Source: an uncultured Chloroflexia bacterium
GTDB lineage: Bacteria; Chloroflexota; Anaerolineae; Anaerolineales; Anaerolineaceae
NCBI GenBank assembly: GCA_963747325.1
Contig: CAVVEM010000004.1
Location: forward strand, 1-64,000
Direction: 5' to 3'
DNA: 64,000 nucleotides
Each line of letters begins with the position of its first letter. Within the stretch, counting starts at the first letter, position 1. The translations under genes were made by a program, and so were the position numbers. Of the stretch, positions 31,760-40,954 are shown one piece after another. A model generated the notes under the pieces. That model saw only the letters and a list, made by a program, of their open reading frames with translations, was not told the origin of the DNA and did no database searches.

Positions 31760-32095
31760 GTGATTCCGATAAAAATTAATGCGCAAAAGAAAGACAGCCT
31801 GCTTCATATAGAATGGGATGATGGGCATATGAGCCAGTATACTTTTTTACTGCTGCGTGCGGCCTGTCCCTGTGCTGAGTGTAGAGGTGGGCATGATAAT
31901 ATGCATTCCGAACCAACCCCAGAGATGTTCTCCTTTCAATTGCCAGATTCGCCTGCTATTCATTTGGAAACCATTTCTCAAATTGGCAGTTATGGCTTAA
32001 GCATACTCTGGCAGGATGGGCATCAACATGGCATTTATAGTTGGCATTACTTACGAAAACTTTGTCCATGCGAAACCTGCAGGATAGATAAGTAA
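31760..32095 (+). CDS. DUF971 (gamma-butyrobetaine hydroxylase-like N-terminal) domain protein
   Basis: WDDGHMSQYTFLLLRAACPCAEC...LSILWQDGHQHGIYSWHYLRKLCPCETC. Confidence 0.6.
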   Translation: MIPIKINAQKKDSLLHIEWDDGHMSQYTFLLLRAACPCAECRGGHDNMHSEPTPEMFSFQLPDSPAIHLETISQIGSYGLSILWQDGHQHGIYSWHYLRKLCPCETCRIDK

Positions 32096-32161
32096 AAAAA
32101 ATTGCAAATATAAATTTGCAAGCTTATAATAAAGCATCGGAAGTACGGCAAGGAGGGAAGT

Positions 32162-34042
32162 CTGAGTAAGTCTAGCTCTGTTCAAGATAAAAGTGCTCAA
32201 AGCACCCAGGAAAATCAATTAACGCCTGGTGCGATATTAATTGACCGCTATCTGATTCACGATGTTATTGGCGTCGGTGGCATGGGTTCTGTTTACCTTG
32301 CCCGGGATTTGCATTTTAAAAGCGTTGAAAAACTGGTTGCCGTAAAGGAAATGATCAACCAAGCTCCGGACCCTTTGATACGCCAGACGATTGTGGAAAA
32401 TTTTGAACGGGAAGCGAATATTTTAGTTACTCTTACCCATCCTTCTATTCCTGATATCTTTGATTATTTTACCCATGAACAACGGTCTTACCTTGTTTTG
32501 GAATACATTCAAGGTCGGGATATGGAAAAAATTCTCAATGATGCCAAAGGGTTTCTGCCAGAAGATCAAATCCTTGCCTGGTCATTGGAATTATGCGATG
32601 TGTTGGATTATTTGCATAACCATACGCCTGAACCCATTATCTTCCGGGATATTAAACCTTCCAATATTATGATCAATAAGGAAAATCATTTGATCCTGGT
32701 AGATTTCGGTATTGCGAAGGTTTTTCGAGCAGGGCAAAAAGGTACCATGATTGGTACGGAAGGCTACTCTCCGCCAGAGCAATATCGGGGAGAATCATCA
32801 CCGCCTGGTGATGTTTACGCTTTTGGGGCTACCCTACATCATTTGTTGACCTTAATTGATCCGCGTATGGAAACTCCTTTTACATTTTCAGAGCGGCCGA
32901 TACGGAAAATCAATCCCAGTGTCTCCATCGAACTTGAGGCAGTAGTTAATACAGCATTGCAATATAATCCACAGGATCGTTTTCCAAGTGCCCGGGCGAT
33001 GAAAGAAGCCTTGATTATGGTGGCCAGAAAGACCGGCGCTTTAAATTCTGCATCCTTACGCAGCGCGCCATTTTCAAGTGAGCAGGGGATCAAACCCTTG
33101 TGGGTTTTTGAATGTGAAGATGAAATTCGCGGTACACCGATTTATGATCGCGGCGTAGTATATATCGGCGCCTATGATCATAATATTTATGCTGTGGATG
33201 CCAGCAGCGGCGGATTTTTATGGAAATATCCTACCGACGGCGGCATTGTAGGCAGACCGCTTTTATTCGATGGCATGGTTTACATTGGTTCAGAAGATGG
33301 AAATTTATATGCCATCTCAGCCCGTACTGGTAAATTGACTTGGAAATATGCCACAAAATCACCCATACGAAGTTCACCACAATGCACAGAAGGCCATATC
33401 CTGATTGGCTCTGATGACGGTTATTTACATGCAGTGAATCTGAATACTGCCAATGCAACCTGGAAATTTGATGCCGGCGATGCAGTTCGCTCGACACCGT
33501 TTTTTACCCGGGAATATATTTATCTGGGTTGTGAAAGCGGCGAATTTTTCTGCATGGACTTCCGCGGTCAAATCCGTTGGCGATATCGTTCCAAACGTGC
33601 AGTTACTTCATCTCCTGTGGTCGCAGATGGTTTGGTTTTCTTTGGCTCAGTGGATTCATCATTTTACGCATTAGATGCCAAATCTGGCTGGTCAATCTGG
33701 CGATTCCGCATGGGGAAAGGTTCAGTATCTAATCCCTGTGTATTCGATCACATGGTTTATTTCGGTTCCGCAGATGGCAATATCTATTGTGTGGATACAG
33801 CAAACGCGAGAGAAATTTGGCGTTTTCGTACAGAGCATCAAGTCAGTGGTTCGCCTGTTGTACATAAAGATTCGCTCTATTGCGGCTCTGCAGATGGCTA
33901 TTTGTATTGCATCGAGTCCAAGACTGGGCGATTAAAATGGAAATATCTAACCAATGGTCCCATTACTGGGACGCCGGTAATCTCAAACGATGTGATTTAT
34001 TTTGGATCATTCGATCATAATTTATATGCATTATTGGCCTGA
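32162..34042 (+). CDS. Ser/Thr protein kinase fused to a PQQ-like beta-propeller (start codon uncertain: first ATG 32282 lies inside the Gly-rich loop; in-frame CTG at 32162 follows a GGAGGG RBS)
   Basis: In-frame upstream extension (stop at 32111) encodes ...LIDRYLIHDVIGVGGMGSVYLARD, then VAVK, HRDIKPSN and DFG. C-terminal half has at least 7 repeats of YAVDASSGGFLWKY / YAISARTGKLTWKY. Confidence 0.75.
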   Translation: MSKSSSVQDKSAQSTQENQLTPGAILIDRYLIHDVIGVGGMGSVYLARDLHFKSVEKLVAVKEMINQAPDPLIRQTIVENFEREANILVTLTHPSIPDIFDYFTHEQRSYLVLEYIQGRDMEKILNDAKGFLPEDQILAWSLELCDVLDYLHNHTPEPIIFRDIKPSNIMINKENHLILVDFGIAKVFRAGQKGTMIGTEGYSPPEQYRGESSPPGDVYAFGATLHHLLTLIDPRMETPFTFSERPIRKINPSVSIELEAVVNTALQYNPQDRFPSARAMKEALIMVARKTGALNSASLRSAPFSSEQGIKPLWVFECEDEIRGTPIYDRGVVYIGAYDHNIYAVDASSGGFLWKYPTDGGIVGRPLLFDGMVYIGSEDGNLYAISARTGKLTWKYATKSPIRSSPQCTEGHILIGSDDGYLHAVNLNTANATWKFDAGDAVRSTPFFTREYIYLGCESGEFFCMDFRGQIRWRYRSKRAVTSSPVVADGLVFFGSVDSSFYALDAKSGWSIWRFRMGKGSVSNPCVFDHMVYFGSADGNIYCVDTANAREIWRFRTEHQVSGSPVVHKDSLYCGSADGYLYCIESKTGRLKWKYLTNGPITGTPVISNDVIYFGSFDHNLYALLA

Positions 34043-34059
34043 GCCCATAGCCGATAATT

Positions 34060-34968
34060 GTGAGAGGAAATACGACAGTGTTTCAATTAATGAATAAAAT
34101 TTTTCGTAGAGGTCAGTCCTCATCCATAGAAGTAAAGACGGTCCCTTTAACGGAAGACCTAAATCAATCAGGTAAGAAAAATGATTTATTTTGTCCTCCG
34201 CAGTTAAGTGTTGGGAGTGCCCAGTCAATTGGTAAACAAAGGGATCATAATGAGGATGCTTTATTTAGTCTAAATATTATGAAATCCGATGAAAAATCAG
34301 ATACCCCCTTTGGAATTTTTATTGTCGCAGATGGGATGGGCGGACATCAGCATGGAGAAGTTGCCAGCAGCTCAGCCATGCGGGCAATGTCAGAATACCT
34401 GATTAAGAAAATCTACTCTCCTTTGATGGGCACGCGGCCTGAAGCACTAGATGAACCCCTTCAAGAGATCATGGAGTATGGCATTAATGAGGCACAACAG
34501 GCAGTCTTGAGAAATGCCCCAGGCGGAGGTACAACAATCACGGCTGCCATCATCATTGATGAACAATTGACCATTGCCCATGTGGGCGATAGCCGTGCCT
34601 ATTTGATGACCCCAGGTGGGCAAATGAAGGCCATCTCCCAGGATCATTCTTTGGTGCAGCGCTTGATTGATTTGGGGCAATTAACCGAGGAAGAAGCAGC
34701 TGTACATCCTCAACGAAATGTCCTTTATCGTGCTCTTGGTCAGATGGAACCCTTTCACCCGGATGTTCGAACCTTCACTTTTCCCAATAATGGTATTTTG
34801 CTTTTATGCAGTGACGGTTTATGGGGTGTCATCTCTGAAGCAACCATCTTTGATCTTGTGATGCAAAATGAGAATCCGACCACAGCCTGTAGAAAATTAG
34901 TGGATGCTGCGAACGATGCTGGCGGCCCAGATAATATTAGCGTTATTATCGTCAAGAGAGTTAAATAA
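34060..34968 (+). CDS. PP2C-family Ser/Thr protein phosphatase
   Basis: FIVADGMGGHQHGEVAS, DSRAY and LLLCSDGLWGVIS are PP2C metal-binding motifs. Start is 34060 (GTG) or 34078 (GTG, RBS GAGGAAA). Confidence 0.8.
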   Translation: MRGNTTVFQLMNKIFRRGQSSSIEVKTVPLTEDLNQSGKKNDLFCPPQLSVGSAQSIGKQRDHNEDALFSLNIMKSDEKSDTPFGIFIVADGMGGHQHGEVASSSAMRAMSEYLIKKIYSPLMGTRPEALDEPLQEIMEYGINEAQQAVLRNAPGGGTTITAAIIIDEQLTIAHVGDSRAYLMTPGGQMKAISQDHSLVQRLIDLGQLTEEEAAVHPQRNVLYRALGQMEPFHPDVRTFTFPNNGILLLCSDGLWGVISEATIFDLVMQNENPTTACRKLVDAANDAGGPDNISVIIVKRVK

Positions 34969-34998
34969 CATCAGGTTCGTTTTTATTTGGTACAGGGT

Positions 34999-36462
34999 AT
35001 GGGTATAGTCGCCGATTATTACGCTTTATTAAATCTCCCCCAAGATGCATCCAACGAAGAAGTTAGAGATGCATATTTTAAGGCTGCAAGAAGGTATCAC
35101 CCGGATGCAAACCCTGATCCATTTGTGCGTGAGAGATTTATTCAAATACAACAAGCGTATGAAATATTATCCAACCCGCGTCAACGCTCGAAATATGATC
35201 TGGCCTTAGTGGAGAGTTTTATTCTCCCGGATATTTCAATCGACGTAAAAAATTCCAGATCCATTATTCCAAAACTTAACGAAGAACAACTTTTTTATTC
35301 ATTGATTGAAATTCGCTGTGCTTCCAAGTTTGAGGTTTCAAAGAGGGCCCCCTTTTTTCTCTGCCTGGTCATTGATACTTCCACCTCGATGGGTGGAAAA
35401 CGATTAGAGATGGTTAAAGCTAATCTTATCAATGTTATGGCGGAATTAAATCCGGATGACAAAATTTGTTTGATTTCCTTTAATGATCGTGCTGAAATTA
35501 TTCTTGATCCAATTCAGAAATCGGAAGTCTTGAATTTGGATCAATATGTACATCTTCTTTCACCAAAAGGAGGCACGGAACTCTATCAAGGCTTGTTAAA
35601 AGGTTTCCGCACCATTCTTGAACATGGGAAATCTTATATTTCAAAGCATATTATCTTGATGACGGATGGCCATACCTATGGTGATGAAGAGGCTGCCATT
35701 GTCCTATCAAAGGAAGCCGAAGAACATGGCGTGGTCATAAATGCATTTGGATTTGGTGACGAATGGAATGATAATTTTTTAGACAAGATCACTTCCAATA
35801 CAGGAGGGAACGCAACCTATGTTCGCCATTCTGATGATCTAAAGAAATATCTCGAACAAAAAGTTCAAGTCTATGGTAAATTATATGCCAACAAGATTAT
35901 TTATCAGTTTTATAAAGATCCATTCGTTGAATTGAGATATGCATTCCGGATTCACCCTGATATTACCCCTTTATCCTGCTCGGATGGTTTACATTTTGGC
36001 AATTTGCAATATAATGGTAATTTGAAGGTGTTTCTTGAATATGCCATCAGACCACTGGATAGTGACAAGAAAGGCCTGAGAATTTCCAGTGGACGATTAA
36101 AAATGAACATTGCGAATGTGGAGCGTGAAGCAGAAATGTTCCTGAAGATCAATCTCGCTGTCTCGGAGAAAAGGTTTTCTGAAGCGCCCCCAGCTGCCAT
36201 CGTTGATGCAATGTCCAAATTGATGTTATATCGCATGCAAGAGAAAGCCAGAGATGAAATCAAAAATGGACAAATCTCTGAGGGCACGAAACATCTACAA
36301 CATTTGGCTACTCACTTATTATCACAAGGCAATAGAGAACTTGCTAGAGCCGTATTATTAGAAGCAGAACACATCAATAAAAACAAGAGTTTTAGTGAGG
36401 AAGGCGACAAACGCATAAAATATGCAACGCGATCCTTGCTACTGCCATCAAGTTTGGAGTAA
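34999..36462 (+). CDS. J-domain (DnaJ) – von Willebrand factor A (VWA) fusion protein
   Basis: DYYALLNL...YHPDANPD carries the HPD motif. VWA region: LCLVIDTSTSMGGKRLE (MIDAS DxSxS)...LMTDGHTYGDE...NAFGFGDE. Confidence 0.75.
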   Translation: MGIVADYYALLNLPQDASNEEVRDAYFKAARRYHPDANPDPFVRERFIQIQQAYEILSNPRQRSKYDLALVESFILPDISIDVKNSRSIIPKLNEEQLFYSLIEIRCASKFEVSKRAPFFLCLVIDTSTSMGGKRLEMVKANLINVMAELNPDDKICLISFNDRAEIILDPIQKSEVLNLDQYVHLLSPKGGTELYQGLLKGFRTILEHGKSYISKHIILMTDGHTYGDEEAAIVLSKEAEEHGVVINAFGFGDEWNDNFLDKITSNTGGNATYVRHSDDLKKYLEQKVQVYGKLYANKIIYQFYKDPFVELRYAFRIHPDITPLSCSDGLHFGNLQYNGNLKVFLEYAIRPLDSDKKGLRISSGRLKMNIANVEREAEMFLKINLAVSEKRFSEAPPAAIVDAMSKLMLYRMQEKARDEIKNGQISEGTKHLQHLATHLLSQGNRELARAVLLEAEHINKNKSFSEEGDKRIKYATRSLLLPSSLE

Positions 36463-36471
36463 AATAAAATT

Positions 36472-37002
36472 ATGACACTATGTCCCAATTGCCATCACAG
36501 AGAAATAGCAGGTGCACTATTTTGTTCGGAATGCGGTGCACAATTAGTTTCGGCTTCGGAGCATTACACAACGCAAAATCTTCAAAACGGAACTGCTGAT
36601 TTATACGATGAGATGGACCAACAAGAGCCGCGAAAAACGGACAAACCATCTGATCTCTTTGTCAGTAGTATCGAGGGTGGTATTTCCTTGCAAATGTTGG
36701 ATACCGGCCAGGTTTTGCAATTGGCAGATCGAAAAGATTTTACTCTTGGACGTATTGCCGAAGGCCAGCCAATTTTGCCTGATGTAGATCTTTCTCAATA
36801 TGATGCCTATACTTTAGGCGTCTCACGACTACATGCGGCATTAAAAATTATTGATCGCAGAGTTTTTATCTCCGATCTCGGTTCTTCCAATGGAACCAGA
36901 ATCAATAACAAAAAACTGGAATCACAGATAGACTTTCCCTTGAAACATGGGGATGTTATTGCACTGGGTAAATTAAAAATAAAATTGCAGCTTCATAAAT
37001 AA
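36472..37002 (+). CDS. zinc-ribbon + FHA domain protein
   Basis: N-terminal CPNCHH...CSECG zinc ribbon; C-terminal FTLGR...VSRLHAAL...SDLGSSNGTRINNKKL...GDVIALG is an FHA phosphothreonine-binding domain. Confidence 0.8.
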   Translation: MTLCPNCHHREIAGALFCSECGAQLVSASEHYTTQNLQNGTADLYDEMDQQEPRKTDKPSDLFVSSIEGGISLQMLDTGQVLQLADRKDFTLGRIAEGQPILPDVDLSQYDAYTLGVSRLHAALKIIDRRVFISDLGSSNGTRINNKKLESQIDFPLKHGDVIALGKLKIKLQLHK

Positions 37003-37012
37003 CAGGATAATC

Positions 37013-37252
37013 ATGCCAAAAGTAATTGTGCATATTAACAACGAAGACCCAGTGATTGGTGAAATGGATGAGTTGCCTTCAGAACAAGCCAACATTATTT
37101 TAGTAAAGAATCCAACCAAGAAGGATGGAAAAGATCTGCATTATCTCGAGCCTAATGTAACGAACGTTATTTGGCCGATTTATCGCATAAATTTCATTGA
37201 AGTTCTATCCACTGATACGGAAGACGAAATCATCTCTTTTGTCCGCGAATAG
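37013..37252 (+). CDS. hypothetical small protein (79 aa)
   Basis: Tightly spaced between the FHA and response-regulator genes (10-nt gaps, same strand); no recognisable motif. Confidence 0.4.
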   Translation: MPKVIVHINNEDPVIGEMDELPSEQANIILVKNPTKKDGKDLHYLEPNVTNVIWPIYRINFIEVLSTDTEDEIISFVRE

Positions 37253-37262
37253 GTGAATACAA

Positions 37263-37982
37263 ATGGATGAACAGTTCAAAAATCGAGTCATTCTCGTTGT
37301 AGATGATGAAGAACGGATGGCGCGATTTATTCGATTAAATTTGGAGCACGACGGTTTTCAGGTTATCGAAGCGTATAACGGCATGGATGCGATTCAACAG
37401 ATTCGGGAAAAAATGCCTGATCTTGTATTGCTGGATGTCATGCTGCCGGATATGGACGGTTTCGAAGTTCTGAAAATGGTAAGAGAAGTCAGCGCTATTC
37501 CTGTGATTATGCTGACTGCTAAAGGGGAAGAAGATGATCGGGTTCGCGGACTCGAATTAGGGGCGGATGACTACGTAACCAAGCCTTTCTCCCCGCGGGA
37601 AATGGTCAGCCGAATTCGGGCAGTCCTGCGTCGAAATGAAGCTGCTGCTGCTTCTGTTCATACCCATGGGCTGATCCAGGTTGACGATCATCTAAAGTTG
37701 GATTTCAGCCGGCGTGAAGTATGGGTGGCTGGCGAATTGATCAAATTGCGTCCAACAGAATATCGCTTGTTGTATCATCTGGTACAAAATGCCGGTTGGG
37801 TGATGACGTATGATCAGTTGCTCTCTAAAGTTTGGGGCTATGAATATCGGGATGAACCGCATTATGTGCGTTTATATATCAATTACTTACGCCAAAAATT
37901 AGAAGAAGATCCGGCAAATCCGAAGTATATATTAACAGAGCGTGGCGTTGGATATCGTTTCGTGGATCTCTCCAGGGCATAA
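37263..37982 (+). CDS. OmpR/PhoB-family response regulator
   Basis: Receiver domain ([25 protein letters not shown]) plus winged-helix trans_reg_C ([20 protein letters not shown]...[11 protein letters not shown]). Confidence 0.9.
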   Translation: MDEQFKNRVILVVDDEERMARFIRLNLEHDGFQVIEAYNGMDAIQQIREKMPDLVLLDVMLPDMDGFEVLKMVREVSAIPVIMLTAKGEEDDRVRGLELGADDYVTKPFSPREMVSRIRAVLRRNEAAAASVHTHGLIQVDDHLKLDFSRREVWVAGELIKLRPTEYRLLYHLVQNAGWVMTYDQLLSKVWGYEYRDEPHYVRLYINYLRQKLEEDPANPKYILTERGVGYRFVDLSRA

Positions 37983-38074
37983 CAAATTTGTTGATATAAG
38001 ATTAATAAAACGTTTGTAGAATTTATATGCAAACGTTTTATACTTTAATGGATTAAGTATGGATGAGGTGAACA

Positions 38075-38269
38075 ATGCCACTGTATCGATTTATCTGCCA
38101 GGAATGTAAAGAAACCTTCGAACAGCGTCTTGCTGTGACTGAACTGGATCAAAAATGCGTTCAATGTCCTCATGGACACCAGAAGGTACAACGTCTTTTC
38201 AGTGCACCGACGATTATCTTTAAAGGCAATGGATGGTACAGCAAAGATCATGCGAAAAGTGGAAAATGA
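38075..38269 (+). CDS. FmdB-family zinc-ribbon protein
   Basis: MPLYRFICQECKETFE...CVQCPHG; about 64 aa. Confidence 0.7.
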   Translation: MPLYRFICQECKETFEQRLAVTELDQKCVQCPHGHQKVQRLFSAPTIIFKGNGWYSKDHAKSGK

Positions 38270-38351
38270 CAAGACTAAACTTGTAATTAACCTGATTGTT
38301 GGTAAAATCAACTTTAATGGCATGGCGACTAAACAAGTATAGGAGATTTTT

Positions 38352-38696
38352 ATGATAAACGAACCAATTAATGTTACGGATGATGCATTCGAGAAGGCTG
38401 TTCTGCAATCTACAGTCCCTGTTATTGTAGATTTTTGGGCGCCCTGGTGTGGACCATGCAAGATGGTGGCTCCAATCCTGGAAAAATTAGCCAAAGATAT
38501 GGCTGGAAAGTTGGTGGTTGCCAAGGTCAATACAGATGAAAACCAGCAATGGGCGGGTCAATATGGTGTTCAAGGAATTCCCACCATGTTATTCGTATCC
38601 GGTGGAAAAATTGTTCATCGGCAGACCGGTGCATTACCCGAATCCATGTTAAGAGATGTTGTCAGCCAGTTCCTTGAGATTTCTGCACAAGGTTAA
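38352..38696 (+). CDS. trxA: thioredoxin
   Basis: WAPWCGPCKM active site; 114 aa. Confidence 0.9.
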   Translation: MINEPINVTDDAFEKAVLQSTVPVIVDFWAPWCGPCKMVAPILEKLAKDMAGKLVVAKVNTDENQQWAGQYGVQGIPTMLFVSGGKIVHRQTGALPESMLRDVVSQFLEISAQG

Positions 38697-38702
38697 ACAG
38701 AA

Positions 38703-38737
38703 AGAGCTGCATCCAAATAAATGCAGCTCTTTTTTTA
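38703..38737 (+). terminator. rho-independent terminator after trxA
   Basis: Perfect stem agagctgcat/atgcagctct with an 8-nt loop, followed by T7. Confidence 0.7.
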
Positions 38738-38750
38738 TTTACGAAGCAAT

Positions 38751-40034
38751 TTATTGTTCGCGTTCCCGAATGATGTTTGCCCCCAATAATTTCAGCTTTT
38801 GATCCACATCCTCATACCCGCGGTCAATTTGACCGATATTACGGATGATTGAGGTTCCTTTTGCCGATAATGCTGCCAGCAGTAAGGCCATTCCGGCACG
38901 GATATCCGGACTTTCCATTTTCTCTGCATTTAATCTTGTGGGGCCCTGTACGATGCAGCGATGAGGATCGCAGAGGACAATATGGGCGCCCATGGAGGCT
39001 AATTTGTCGGTGAAAAACATCCGGCTGGGGTACATCCAGTCATGGAAAAGGATGGTTCCCTGAGATTGCGTAGCCACGACGATGGCGAGACTCATTAAAT
39101 CGGTTGGGAAAGCAGGCCAGGGCATGACGCTAATTTCCGGAATCACACCGCCTAAATCAGGTTCGATGGTCATGGGTTGATTATTGGGAACGACGATATC
39201 CTCCCCATCTTCTTGCCAAAAGACGCCCAGGCGTCCAAAAACTAATTTGATCATATCCAGGTATTGAATCCCTGCATTTTTGATGCGGACTGAACCGTTC
39301 GTCAGCGCAGCCGCGCCAACAAAACTGATCACTTCCAGGTAATCCGGGCCGATGGTAAACTCTCCGCCATGCAAGCCATTTACACCTTCAATGTGAAGTG
39401 TATTTGAACCAATATTTTCGATCTTTGCACCCAGAATATTTAATAAATTGCAAAGTTCCTGAATATGAGGTTCCGAGGCTGCATTACGAATGACTGATGA
39501 ACCCTGCGCTGTGGCGCAGGCCATAATGGCATTTTCTGTGGCTGTTACACTGGCTTCGTCCAAAAGTATATCTGCACCAACCAACTTTTTTGCGCTAAAG
39601 TGAAAAGTTTTTTCCAATTGGATAGTCGCGCCTAACTTTTCCAGGGCAATGATATGTGTATCCACTCTGCGGCGGCCAATTACATCACCACCGGGTGGTG
39701 GCAGGATCAACTCGCCGGTTCTGGCTGTCATTGGGCCGGCTAAGAGAATGGATGCGCGAATTTTTTTACATAATTCAGGGTCCAGATCAGCGGGACGAAC
39801 GTCCTTTGCGTGAAATTTCCAGGAATGGGTATCTGTTTGAACTACGGAGACGCCAAGACTCTGAATTAAATCCCTCATATTGATCACGTCACGAATATTT
39901 GGCATATTGTGCAGGGTGACTGGCTCGTCGGTCAATAAACAGGCAGCCATGAGTGGCAGTGCAGCATTTTTATTGCCTGAGGGTGTCACCTCCCCTGATA
40001 GGGGAATGCCGCCTTCAATGATAAATTTTTCCAT
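38751..40034 (-). CDS. murA: UDP-N-acetylglucosamine 1-carboxyvinyltransferase
   Basis: 427 aa; MEKFIIEGGIPLSGEVTPSGNKNAALP and the EPSP-synthase-fold repeats. Confidence 0.9.
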   Translation of the reverse strand: MEKFIIEGGIPLSGEVTPSGNKNAALPLMAACLLTDEPVTLHNMPNIRDVINMRDLIQSLGVSVVQTDTHSWKFHAKDVRPADLDPELCKKIRASILLAGPMTARTGELILPPPGGDVIGRRRVDTHIIALEKLGATIQLEKTFHFSAKKLVGADILLDEASVTATENAIMACATAQGSSVIRNAASEPHIQELCNLLNILGAKIENIGSNTLHIEGVNGLHGGEFTIGPDYLEVISFVGAAALTNGSVRIKNAGIQYLDMIKLVFGRLGVFWQEDGEDIVVPNNQPMTIEPDLGGVIPEISVMPWPAFPTDLMSLAIVVATQSQGTILFHDWMYPSRMFFTDKLASMGAHIVLCDPHRCIVQGPTRLNAEKMESPDIRAGMALLLAALSAKGTSIIRNIGQIDRGYEDVDQKLKLLGANIIREREQ

Positions 40035-40090
40035 GAAACCTCCTCCAAGAACTGCTCGGTATTTTTTCGCAGGAAAAACAATGCCCCTAG

Positions 40091-40954
40091 ATGGTGCTAT
40101 CCAATTATAATATCTTCATGCCCACAGTAAATTTTACCCTGAATTCTGGGGATTGCGTGACTTTGAACTATGTGCAATTGAATCCCCATGAGGAAAAGAC
40201 TCTTTTCTTTCTTCATGGACTTGGTACAACGCATGAATGTTGGTACCAGCAATTGGAATATTTTGGCGCCAGACAATTTCATGTGGTTGCTATGGATTTA
40301 CCAGGATTTGGCGGCTCGACAATTCATCAGGGGAAATTTGGGCTTTCGCTGACAACCGATTGCGTCCTTCAGCTTCTGGATTATCTGCATATTCAAAAAA
40401 CCACGCTAATTGGACATTCAATGGGAGGCCCTATAGCGATCCATTGTTGTTATCAGCATCCCCAGTATTTTGAGCGCTGTATTTTGGTCAGTACGTTCTT
40501 TCGCCTAAGACCCACCAGTATTTCTGCGGCTTTGGCATTAGCCAAACGATTTATCTGGGCAAATTTTCAAGATGCAAACCATCAAGCCATATTTATTGCA
40601 CAGCGGACTTTCCCGGAAGACAATGAGCGTGGGCTGAGAGAGGAATTTGTAAAACAAATTCTTAAAACAAACAAAGATGTTTACAGAAATGCGGTCAATT
40701 TAATGGCCAGGATTAATCTACAAAAAGAGGCACGGGCTTTGACCATGCCCGCCTTTGTGTTAACCGGCATGCAGGATCGAACGATTGCACCTCAATTACA
40801 GTATGAACTATTCAACCAGATTCCCAACGCTCTTCAACTGGTGTTGAAAGAAGGACGCCACGGTATGATTGTCAATCAGGCTGGCATTATTAACCAAGCG
40901 ATTGAGGGATTTATGCTATTGGATGGGAATCGGAATCCGACAAAAACTCCATAA
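40091..40954 (+). CDS. alpha/beta-fold hydrolase
   Basis: HGLG...GHSMGG nucleophile elbow; acid/His region RHGMIV; possible start at 40121. Confidence 0.75.
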   Translation: MVLSNYNIFMPTVNFTLNSGDCVTLNYVQLNPHEEKTLFFLHGLGTTHECWYQQLEYFGARQFHVVAMDLPGFGGSTIHQGKFGLSLTTDCVLQLLDYLHIQKTTLIGHSMGGPIAIHCCYQHPQYFERCILVSTFFRLRPTSISAALALAKRFIWANFQDANHQAIFIAQRTFPEDNERGLREEFVKQILKTNKDVYRNAVNLMARINLQKEARALTMPAFVLTGMQDRTIAPQLQYELFNQIPNALQLVLKEGRHGMIVNQAGIINQAIEGFMLLDGNRNPTKTP

